Below, piece after piece: positions 35,663-43,936 of a stretch of DNA of 51,044 bases (position 1 is its first letter; each line of letters starts with the position of its first letter). The notes beneath the pieces are model-generated. The model saw only the letters and a list, made by a program, of their open reading frames with translations. It was not told where the DNA came from and made no database searches. The position numbers and the translations under genes are program-made. This DNA comes from an uncultured Candidatus Poseidoniales archaeon (lineage in GTDB: Archaea; Thermoplasmatota; Poseidoniia; Poseidoniales; Poseidoniaceae): positions 1 through 51,044 of the forward strand of contig CAYSJV010000001.1 in the NCBI GenBank assembly GCA_964431435.1. The letters run 5' to 3'.

Positions 35663-37387
35663 TTAAGTACAAAGAGATGATTCTAATATATTGTAAATGT
35701 CTTGAATTAATACATCCAATTTTAGTAAATCAGTTTCAGCCATATTTGGTGCAGCCCTAATTGAAATTGATGTCTTTGCTTCAGTACCCGAATTTCTAAT
35801 GCCAACACTTATCGGACAATTATTGAGCACACCTTTAATCATCAACAAGTTATTTTCTCCATGAATGTTTTCTTTTTTCAAATTTGCAATGTTATGCCCT
35901 AAGTTATTCTCAACCAAAGAAAAAACTTTTTCCGCCAATTCATTTTTACCATCCCATTTCTTTCTATCAGTATCCTTGACACTTACACGTTTCTTCCAAC
36001 CTTTTTCATATGTAGGTGAAATATCTTCATTATTATTGATAACAATTCTCGCCGAAAGAACTGATAACAATGTTACAATTCCATCTCCTACTAAACTCCA
36101 ATAATTGTCGAGATGAGGATGCTTTATTGGTAATACAATGTGTCCTGAATCTTCACAGCCCATGCATGCAGGTTGTTTCTTTCCCCACAAGAATCTCCCT
36201 TCAGTTTTTGCTCGTAAAGCTGTGCTTAACCAGCGATCGCCTACTGCTGTTTCTATAACTGCAATTTTGGGTGAAAATCTCGCCATAGATGCGGTAAGAC
36301 CCATGTCCGCCTCTATTGTGCAAGCAACATCCCAATTTCTTTCAGAGGATGTAAAATATATGGATCTTAATATTTCATCAGTAATTTGGTCCCCATTAAC
36401 TATTTTCATTCCATCATTTGTTGCTTCAAATAGCAAGCATCTATCTCCATCTCCATCAAGTGCAGCACCAATAAGTTGACCGGGCGACCAAGGAGAAATA
36501 CCACCATTCATCGCAACATCTTTTCTTATCCTAACCAAAAGAGAATGTTCAGTTTTTTCATTTAATAATTCTCTCCATTTCCACGAACTAGTTGGAGAGA
36601 AATCCCCTGCGCCACATGATTGATTTAGAGGAGTTTCTCTATTCGAAACTTCGCATACATTTAGGCCCAATTGCCCCAATATATCTGCTAACCAATCTGT
36701 AGCAGAACCACCAGATGAATCAAGATAAAATATATTTTTTTGTGTATTATTTCTATAATATTGTTCAATTTTTCCACCATTCGTTTCTTCAATATCTTCC
36801 AGCCTATTAGTTAATGCTGATTTGTAAAGATCGATTCCATCAATCAGTTCATCAGGATTGACAATTATATTTTCATCTAAGGTTATTTTGTTTTCTTTGG
36901 CTATATTCCACGCCAATTCAGAAATAATATCTTCAATCGGTGGCATAGATTTGTACCCATGACTATCAAATAACTTCACACCCGAATCAGTATATGGGTT
37001 ATGGCTAGCAGTTATCATAAAACCAGCATCAAAATCCGAAGAGAGAACACAATATTGCAATCCAGGTGTAGGAACTTCACCCGCCCAACATATCTTACAA
37101 CCTGCTTTTTTTAGCCCAAAAGACAGCCCATTTACAAGGGCAGAATTACTAGGTCTTCGATCCCACCCAATAACAACTCTTGGAACATAACTTTCAGTAT
37201 TTCGAGGCTCTTCAATCAAGTTAGTTTTCTTTAATATACTTCCACAAGAATACCCAACTATTGCCATTACCATGGGGGTAATTAAACGCTTATCACAGAG
37301 TGTATTCAACGATGATAAATTATCATCTTCAGATTTTGCAACTTCTCCTCTAATCCCATCAGTTCCGAACAGTCTAAGTGTACTCAT
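35663..37387 (-). CDS. Phosphohexomutase-superfamily enzyme (phosphoglucosamine / phosphomanno-glucomutase-like) with insertions
   Basis: LFGTDGIRGEV, active-site Ser loop ITASHNPYTDSGVKL, metal loop ALDGDGDRCLL, sugar loop GCEDSGHIV and phosphate loop IRNSGTEAK. Confidence 0.85.
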   Translation of the reverse strand: MSTLRLFGTDGIRGEVAKSEDDNLSSLNTLCDKRLITPMVMAIVGYSCGSILKKTNLIEEPRNTESYVPRVVIGWDRRPSNSALVNGLSFGLKKAGCKICWAGEVPTPGLQYCVLSSDFDAGFMITASHNPYTDSGVKLFDSHGYKSMPPIEDIISELAWNIAKENKITLDENIIVNPDELIDGIDLYKSALTNRLEDIEETNGGKIEQYYRNNTQKNIFYLDSSGGSATDWLADILGQLGLNVCEVSNRETPLNQSCGAGDFSPTSSWKWRELLNEKTEHSLLVRIRKDVAMNGGISPWSPGQLIGAALDGDGDRCLLFEATNDGMKIVNGDQITDEILRSIYFTSSERNWDVACTIEADMGLTASMARFSPKIAVIETAVGDRWLSTALRAKTEGRFLWGKKQPACMGCEDSGHIVLPIKHPHLDNYWSLVGDGIVTLLSVLSARIVINNNEDISPTYEKGWKKRVSVKDTDRKKWDGKNELAEKVFSLVENNLGHNIANLKKENIHGENNLLMIKGVLNNCPISVGIRNSGTEAKTSISIRAAPNMAETDLLKLDVLIQDIYNILESSLCT

Positions 37388-37396
37388 TATTACACC

Positions 37397-38101
37397 CTAA
37401 CGTAGTTTTGTATTTTCAGGGTAAATTCCAGTCACAGTAATATTCGGGGAAACTGAACTACCGCAACCCATGATTACACCAGGGTTTGTTACTACATTGC
37501 ACCCGATTTCCACTGAATCTCCTAATAATGCTCCAAATTTACGTACCCCAGAACTCATTTTGTGTTCGCCCATGCGTACATTTACTTCTTTCCCATCAAG
37601 CCTTAAATTTGAAATTTTACATCCAGCTCCTAAATTTACATTTGATCCTAACACTGAGTCACCCACATAATTGAAATGTGGAGCTTTAGCATTTGGTAGA
37701 AGTAATGATCTTTTTACTTCACTTGCATGACCAACAACTGCACCACTACAAATCCAGGAATAGGGCCTGACATATGCACCATGTCTAACAGTTGCATTAG
37801 GTCCAATATAGCAAGGGCCTTCGAAGTGTAAACCAGGACCAAGTATTGCCCCCCTGTCAATGTATACTGGTCCTTTCTTTTCATCAACAGTGTAATTATC
37901 ACTAATCAACCATTTAGAGCCAAGCTGATTCAATAACTTATCTAGTTGATTATCAATACTTTTTGGGTGATTATTAGTTATTAACACCCAAGCATATTCA
38001 CTTTTTTCAGGTATTTCTGGAACTTCACCCTCAAACTCTTCACTATTGGACCAAATTGGCCATAATGAGTGCGCATTTGCTAATTTAGCAATCTCTTCCA
38101 T
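37397..38101 (-). CDS. Left-handed beta-helix (hexapeptide-repeat) acyl/acetyltransferase, resembling the GlmU C-terminal domain
   Basis: Hexapeptide repeats throughout the C-terminal 160 aa, including HFNYVGDSVLGSNVNLGAGCKISN (compare GlmU H.SY.GD..IG..VNIGAG). There is no nucleotidyltransferase domain. Lies 9 nt upstream of the mutase gene. Confidence 0.75.
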   Translation of the reverse strand: MEEIAKLANAHSLWPIWSNSEEFEGEVPEIPEKSEYAWVLITNNHPKSIDNQLDKLLNQLGSKWLISDNYTVDEKKGPVYIDRGAILGPGLHFEGPCYIGPNATVRHGAYVRPYSWICSGAVVGHASEVKRSLLLPNAKAPHFNYVGDSVLGSNVNLGAGCKISNLRLDGKEVNVRMGEHKMSSGVRKFGALLGDSVEIGCNVVTNPGVIMGCGSSVSPNITVTGIYPENTKLR

Positions 38102-38176
38102 TGGTGCCCGTAAAAGCCATTATTTCAAAGGGTTTGCACTCTTTTGCATTCTTATAAATGTAAAATTGTGTAAAAT

Positions 38177-38422
38177 TCACTCTACGAGGATGTATAACCG
38201 CTTTCCGGTAGAGGAATCAAGGTGATAATCGATCTCTTTACAATGTCTCGGTATGAAAAAGCCGATTTTTCGTGCAGTTAATCCATGATTTCTCATTTTC
38301 TTTTCGTTGCATAAGTAATCAACAATCGACGCCGCGCTGCAGTTTGGATTTGTCTTTACATATACCACAATTTCATTCTTTAGTCGGTCTAATCTTGCCT
38401 GTTTCTGGCTTCCTGTGCTCAT
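38177..38422 (-). CDS. Small hypothetical protein (81 aa), possibly winged-helix
   Basis: ATG start and basic, coding-like composition. No family recognised. Confidence 0.4.
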   Translation of the reverse strand: MSTGSQKQARLDRLKNEIVVYVKTNPNCSAASIVDYLCNEKKMRNHGLTARKIGFFIPRHCKEIDYHLDSSTGKRLYILVE

Positions 38423-38502
38423 GTATATTTATTTGCGCGTAGAGTATATCAGTAAGAGTAGGGATATCCCCGGGCACCCTCTGGGGCCCCTCTAAACCAA
38501 TA

Positions 38503-39357
38503 TTATAGCACTATTTCTTTCTTTGAAGACAACCAATACCAACTTGGTATTGTGATTATAATTACTGCTAAAATCCACCCCAATATTGTGGCAATAATTA
38601 ATCCGATTACACTTTGGCCTAGCATTGGAAACAATATTGCATAGAATAGAGCACAAGATGAAACTGACATTGCTCCTAGCATCATCGGACCTACTGCACC
38701 AGCCGGAACAGCCTCTCCCTGAGATATCCATAATGCAACCATACTTGTGGTAAATATTGCTGGAAATATGCTTGCAACACCGCTTGCCAACGGATTTCCA
38801 AGATCTGCTAAGAGTACCGCAACCCCTATTGCACACCCTGCAGCCAAACCACGTACAAATAATGTCAAAGGTCCCACTTTGTGACGCCCCTTGGGAGCCT
38901 CAAAAGGCTTTAAACACGCCAAAATTCCAATTATAATTCCAATTATTTGTCCAATAATTCCAATCATTAAGGGATGAAATCCCTTTTCTAAGACAAAATT
39001 TGAAAAGATTATTGAAATTATTGCAGCAATAACCCAAATCGAGAGAGATATGAATGCTATCAAAGCGAGCCTAAAACCCAATTGAAACTTTGGGATATAT
39101 TTTGGAATTATTCTCCACAGCCATAGGAAACCCGCATTTAAGATTAAACCTAAAGGAACAATTCCCATAGCTCGATGAAAATCATCTACATTATCCAATG
39201 TAACCAACCAAATACCAATTGCAGCCGGAACAATTGTACTAGGCATAGTTCCTAAAATACCTCCTTTTACACCTCCTAAGCGTTCGATAGCAACTGTTAC
39301 AGCAATTGCAACAACTCCTGCAAATATAGCAGAAATAATAATATGCGCTCCTATCAT
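38503..39357 (-). CDS. Polytopic membrane protein with an internal duplication (hypothetical)
   Basis: The N-half FAGVVAIAVTVAIERLGGVKGGILGTMPSTIVPAAIGIWL aligns with the C-half LAAGCAIGVAVLLADLGNPLASGVASIFPAIFTTSMVALWI. About 8 hydrophobic helices. Confidence 0.6.
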   Translation of the reverse strand: MIGAHIIISAIFAGVVAIAVTVAIERLGGVKGGILGTMPSTIVPAAIGIWLVTLDNVDDFHRAMGIVPLGLILNAGFLWLWRIIPKYIPKFQLGFRLALIAFISLSIWVIAAIISIIFSNFVLEKGFHPLMIGIIGQIIGIIIGILACLKPFEAPKGRHKVGPLTLFVRGLAAGCAIGVAVLLADLGNPLASGVASIFPAIFTTSMVALWISQGEAVPAGAVGPMMLGAMSVSSCALFYAILFPMLGQSVIGLIIATILGWILAVIIITIPSWYWLSSKKEIVL

Positions 39358-39402
39358 GAATCTCCGATTAGATTCACACTATTGAATTTCTACTAATCAT
39401 TT

Positions 39403-39855
39403 GTGCTGAATATTGAAATCATCCGACTGTGTCCTATGTGCATGGGCCAACTATCTGCTGCTGAATTGGGGAAACTTGCTGCTATGGATGAATATGACAA
39501 AATGTTGGCAATAGATTTGATATCCAGACAGCATGGAATCTCCGCAGAGGATATTGAAAGACAGATTTCAGCATATCAAAAAGGGGAAATTTCTGCTCCA
39601 ACTGTGGTTGAGCAAGAGGAAGAGGCTAGATTTTCAGAACCTATGCAAACTGGAGCTGGTTCTCCAACTTACATAAACAATCCACAACAATTTAGGGCAA
39701 AATATGATCCTAGCCACGATGGACAACGCAGGCAAACCGAAATTCAACAAGCAATACTTTGTCCACAGTGTAATTCACCACTAGGTATTCCATCTATACG
39801 GCCAATAAAAGTAAAATGTCCAAATTGCGATAGCGAAAATGTTTTTACAAATTGA
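39403..39855 (+). CDS. Hypothetical zinc-ribbon protein
   Basis: N-terminal CPMC and C-terminal CPQCNSPLG...VKCPNCDSEN. GTG start only 45 nt from the divergent membrane-protein gene. Confidence 0.45.
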   Translation: MLNIEIIRLCPMCMGQLSAAELGKLAAMDEYDKMLAIDLISRQHGISAEDIERQISAYQKGEISAPTVVEQEEEARFSEPMQTGAGSPTYINNPQQFRAKYDPSHDGQRRQTEIQQAILCPQCNSPLGIPSIRPIKVKCPNCDSENVFTN

Positions 39856-39860
39856 AATTA

Positions 39861-40985
39861 TTATATTCCCCAATATTTACTTCCGGAAGTTTGCCTTTCT
39901 CTTAGACTTCTAACTACTGCTAGAACTACCCACAATATAACTGCCCAAAACATTGGTTTAGAAATATCTTGTAATATTTGATTCACAGACCATGTATAAC
40001 TTCCAGTTATTGTTTCTTCAAGTATTGTTAATGCAGCATCTAAAAATGAATATACAACCATACCAAATGCAGCAACAATAACCGCTCGACCACTAAATGA
40101 CCCTCTCTTTAATCTGAGAAGTAAAAGACCGCCTGTAAATAATAAAAACGAAATTATAATCCACAGTAATGATTCATGTGCTACTTGTGTTAACAATAAT
40201 GCAGTTCCGGGGACATCACTTAGGCCCTTAAGATCCGAATATTCAGCCCAACTTTGAGCAACAGCGAAAACTAATGCAAAAATTCCTCCAAGCCACATTA
40301 TAGAACTAAATAAAGCAGCATCTACGTTATCCCGCATATCATTAATCACTCTAGCAACATTATCATCAAATCCTAAACCTTTGGCTAATAGGTATAGCCC
40401 TGCAATAAGAGGCAACCCACCCATCAATAACTCTCCACCGTTGCCCCAAAGAATGATGCCCAACCCAATAATCATCAAAAAGGCTGAGATTGGTGTTAAC
40501 ATTTTTGCTCTCCATTTTGGATCTTCAAGTATTTTTACAATGTAGTAATAAGTACCCTCAATACCTTTTGATTGCTTTACTATTATTTTCTTTACATGTT
40601 CTACCCTAACTTGACTTTGAATAATTGGTAGAACAGACTCATCCTCAGCGCCATCAGTTACGACTATTGCAAGATCAGGCTGGAATTCATGAACAACTTC
40701 TTCTAATTGAGCAGAAATTATACGGTCGCTTTTCGCCCCCACTTTTTCATCACCAGTTAAAATTGCAATTTCTACTTCATCATTTCCCTCTGTAGAATCT
40801 GCAAGATTATCATGTTGATTTAATGCTCCTAATATAGCATTAGTATCACTTTCTTCAGGGTCAGCAATTCCAAGTCTTAGAGCTGCTGTAAGGACTTTTT
40901 TCCTACCCACAACAGGTCCTCTAATTCCGGCTTTTATACCTAAATCATTATCTCTATCAACTGAAATAACTAGTGTTCTTGCCAT
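39861..40985 (-). CDS. Archaeal DUF373-like integral membrane protein
   Basis: The N-terminal soluble domain begins LVISVDRDNDLGIKAGIRGPVVGR, which is how I recall DUF373 proteins starting. It is followed by about 6 TM helices. Confidence 0.55.
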   Translation of the reverse strand: MARTLVISVDRDNDLGIKAGIRGPVVGRKKVLTAALRLGIADPEESDTNAILGALNQHDNLADSTEGNDEVEIAILTGDEKVGAKSDRIISAQLEEVVHEFQPDLAIVVTDGAEDESVLPIIQSQVRVEHVKKIIVKQSKGIEGTYYYIVKILEDPKWRAKMLTPISAFLMIIGLGIILWGNGGELLMGGLPLIAGLYLLAKGLGFDDNVARVINDMRDNVDAALFSSIMWLGGIFALVFAVAQSWAEYSDLKGLSDVPGTALLLTQVAHESLLWIIISFLLFTGGLLLLRLKRGSFSGRAVIVAAFGMVVYSFLDAALTILEETITGSYTWSVNQILQDISKPMFWAVILWVVLAVVRSLRERQTSGSKYWGI

Positions 40986-41114
40986 GTTCCTTACCCATTC
41001 GTCGATTTCCTGAGGTGAGCCTACCCTTCATCAATACTTTTCTTAATTGATGAAAATTTCCGTTAATTTAGCACACTTTAAGACATCCTAACTCAGATAA
41101 GTTACACTTCAAAA

Positions 41115-42254
41115 CTAATTTTTTTGTTTTGCCTTCAGATATTTTAACGGATGCGTCATCCATTCTTGATCACACAAACTATCATCACCCGGACTCACTG
41201 CGCAGCATGCATTAATTTTCAATTTGGAACAATTAGCAGGAGTATATCCCGTTTCGTAAATATTGTTCACCTGATATGCAGTGGTTTCAGCGCTAAAATC
41301 GGGAGCATTTTTGAAAAAATTAACACACTCTTCTTTTGAGATATTAATTGTTTGTGCCATAGAAGCGAGAAATAATCTACCATAATGATTTACATTTACA
41401 CCGTTAGACAGTTCCAAAACTGCGCGTTTCATGCAAGGAGGCCAATCATCTCTATTTATTCCTGAAAGATCAAGTTTTTCGCTAGATATCTTGTTTATTT
41501 CGGCACCCATAGTTTCAATAATATTCTCCAATTTTAATTTAATATCATCTGTGATTTTTGCAGAAATTTCATTTGCATCTTTAAGAATTTCTTGTTTTAT
41601 TCTTTCCCTTAACAACCTTGAGAGCTTTTTTCTACTCGAATAATTTTGTTCATCATTTAATTTAATCCATCCTTTTTTGATATCTTGATTCGCTAATCTC
41701 CACCTGGCTCCTGTTATTTTAGGAGATAATTCAATGAAATCACTTAAGCCGATTTTGAATATAGTTCCCTCTTCAGACTCCCAATCTATGTTTGTCAAAT
41801 ATGTTTGAGCAATCAAAGGTAAGCTCTGTTCATCAATTTCCAGAAGATGCTGCGCTCTTTCTGCTTCTGCTTGTGCCCATCTTGAAATCATCACATCATT
41901 GGTTGATGCACAAACAACAAATCTAGAGTAATAGTAGGAAAACGCTTCAATTTCAATACCTTCTTCTGTATGAATATCTGCGTTTGTAGCGCCTACTCCC
42001 CCTTCATGTGTAATCGCTTCCACTAATCTCAATCTTCCTCTTTCTCTAGATCTTTGCATCCGCTCACCTTCGATAAGGTCATCAATTTCGAAATTATTTC
42101 TTTGTATTAATTCACTAAACCAAGGTTTTGCTTGAGGTAGGAATGGATAACGTGCCAATGTGGCCTTCTCATTAATCTCAGGAGCACTATTTGGTATGGG
42201 CATCGTGAACACGTATTGAGTCGCGGTTATTGAAACATCGCGCGTCATTGACAT
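41115..42254 (-). CDS. priL: DNA primase large subunit (PriL)
   Basis: ARYPFLPQA near the N-terminus. PPCMKRAVLELSNGVNVNHYGRLFLASMAQTINISKEECVNFFKNAPDF matches the PriL Fe-S domain motif. C-terminal Cys cluster CSKLKINACCAV...SLCDQ. Confidence 0.85.
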   Translation of the reverse strand: MSMTRDVSITATQYVFTMPIPNSAPEINEKATLARYPFLPQAKPWFSELIQRNNFEIDDLIEGERMQRSRERGRLRLVEAITHEGGVGATNADIHTEEGIEIEAFSYYYSRFVVCASTNDVMISRWAQAEAERAQHLLEIDEQSLPLIAQTYLTNIDWESEEGTIFKIGLSDFIELSPKITGARWRLANQDIKKGWIKLNDEQNYSSRKKLSRLLRERIKQEILKDANEISAKITDDIKLKLENIIETMGAEINKISSEKLDLSGINRDDWPPCMKRAVLELSNGVNVNHYGRLFLASMAQTINISKEECVNFFKNAPDFSAETTAYQVNNIYETGYTPANCSKLKINACCAVSPGDDSLCDQEWMTHPLKYLKAKQKN

Positions 42255-42278
42255 GTAGAAGCACCGCGTCGCATAGAC

Positions 42279-43031
42279 GTGGAAGCGACTATCGATCCTT
42301 GGTTAATTAGAGTACAAGACATGATTCGTAAGGATTTTAATTGGGATGTTAATGACGATAAATATAGTTTAGAATTATTGCTGAAACGACTTGAAACTAT
42401 AGACATAAGGGTTTGGGGAAATGAGAACCGTAAGAAAGTACTGAATGGCTTATTCGCATCTGTAATATCATCAAGAAAAAAAGGGATTACAGTAGTGGGT
42501 GCAGCAGCCACACCAGATTCCATAATGCAATCTATCTTAGATGGCAAAATGTTGGTGATTGCAGATGGCAGTATTGGAGTTTTAAATGAATTATCTGAAA
42601 ACTACAATGAGATCGCTTTGAATTCAATTTTATTTATTTCTAGTGATTGTGATGGTATTCCTGAGATATTATCTCAAGGAGTATCTCAAACAACATTTTT
42701 GTTGCATGCACATGCAGATAATATCAAATCCTGGAACAATTTCTTGGATTATTGGGGGAATATTAATCATAAAAACATACCAAATATTGTCATCACACAC
42801 CAATTACCAAATATCATCCCTCACACAATTAATCCAGGGGGCTTTACAGACGGAGACAGGGCAATTTGTACTTTGATTTACATGGGCGTTGACAGATCAG
42901 AAATATCGTTGGTTGGTTTTAATTCTGATTTTGTTGGAAGGTGGAGTGGAATAACAGACCAAAAATTAAAAATTAGGAAATTAAAGTGGATGAATAAAAT
43001 TTTGAAACATCTTGGATTTGTGAAGGTATAA
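42279..43031 (+). CDS. mptE: MptE-like (DUF115) 6-hydroxymethyl-7,8-dihydropterin pyrophosphokinase
   Basis: VVGAAATPDS, SSDCDG, HAHADN and GGFTDGDRA match my recollection of archaeal MptE motifs (GaGPS, TDLDG, HAHGDN, GFTDGDRA). GTG start 24 nt from the priL start, so the true start may be internal. Confidence 0.6.
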   Translation: MEATIDPWLIRVQDMIRKDFNWDVNDDKYSLELLLKRLETIDIRVWGNENRKKVLNGLFASVISSRKKGITVVGAAATPDSIMQSILDGKMLVIADGSIGVLNELSENYNEIALNSILFISSDCDGIPEILSQGVSQTTFLLHAHADNIKSWNNFLDYWGNINHKNIPNIVITHQLPNIIPHTINPGGFTDGDRAICTLIYMGVDRSEISLVGFNSDFVGRWSGITDQKLKIRKLKWMNKILKHLGFVKV

Positions 43032-43033
43032 TT

Positions 43034-43936
43034 ATGCAACCAGAAATAGACGCAGAGGTTGAAGCAAAAAGGAATTCTAAATCAAAGAAAAAAGAGAAAA
43101 ACAAAGCATTCAGATTAACTTGGTTAATTTTGATATGGCTCTCATTGAATTCAATATGGACAATTCAACATAATGTTGGTTCTACAAATGAAGTTCAACG
43201 CTCTGGTTTGGCAGTTATACCATCACATCCTTTTGACGTACCAGATATGTTAGGTGCTGGAAAATCGGTACAATTTGAAGTATCATGCACCTTCACAGAT
43301 CGTATTGAAAATAGAACAAATTCAGTGCCCGTAAGTTGGGAATTAAGGGATTCATATGGCTCAATTGTACATTCTTGGAACGGTTCAGTCAATGCATCAT
43401 CTGAAGAATGCTTGACATATAGTACTCATCTAAAACCTGGTCCTTACACAATCAATACGATACTCCCTGAAGGTGAAGGTTACATTAATGTAGATATGGA
43501 ATTCAAATTCTGGATATTCAAATCATTTGTAATTGAGGGATATATAATTGCTAATATTATTGGGTTTTTATTCGTGATAAATGAAATATCTTTCAAGCGT
43601 ACTAAAAAGGGACAAAAGTCTAGTGATTGGGAATCTAAAGAAATTGTAAATTCAGATAATAATGCAGAGGTGCATGATTTCGATTCTAAATCAAATCTTT
43701 CTGATGAACAAGAACAATCACGTCGCGCCTATGAAGATGAAATGCGCCGTCTTGCAGAAGAAGCCAAGAAGAAGGAAGAAAAAAAGATTTTAGAAGAGAA
43801 AAAAGCATCCGTACAAGAGTCTGATCAAGAATCCCTCGGAGATGGTACAACAAAGGGTTTGGGTGGTAAGGCAACAATAGATAAAAGCATACAAACTGTC
43901 TCTGATTTATATGATCAAATGAAGAGGAAGAAATGA
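43034..43936 (+). CDS. Hypothetical membrane protein (TM, beta-rich ectodomain, TM, Lys/Glu-rich tail)
   Basis: Hydrophobic LTWLILIWLSLNSIW and IIANIIGFLFVI. The C-terminal tail is rich in K/E (AEEAKKKEEKKILEEKK). Starts 2 nt after the mptE-like stop. Confidence 0.5.
   Translation: MQPEIDAEVEAKRNSKSKKKEKNKAFRLTWLILIWLSLNSIWTIQHNVGSTNEVQRSGLAVIPSHPFDVPDMLGAGKSVQFEVSCTFTDRIENRTNSVPVSWELRDSYGSIVHSWNGSVNASSEECLTYSTHLKPGPYTINTILPEGEGYINVDMEFKFWIFKSFVIEGYIIANIIGFLFVINEISFKRTKKGQKSSDWESKEIVNSDNNAEVHDFDSKSNLSDEQEQSRRAYEDEMRRLAEEAKKKEEKKILEEKKASVQESDQESLGDGTTKGLGGKATIDKSIQTVSDLYDQMKRKK

Noticed and set aside
38492-38836. 114-aa Cys-rich ORF on the minus strand
   Set aside because: It overlaps the 284-aa membrane-protein gene on the same strand in another frame. 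The longer ORF has coherent TM helices and an internal duplication, while this one has none.
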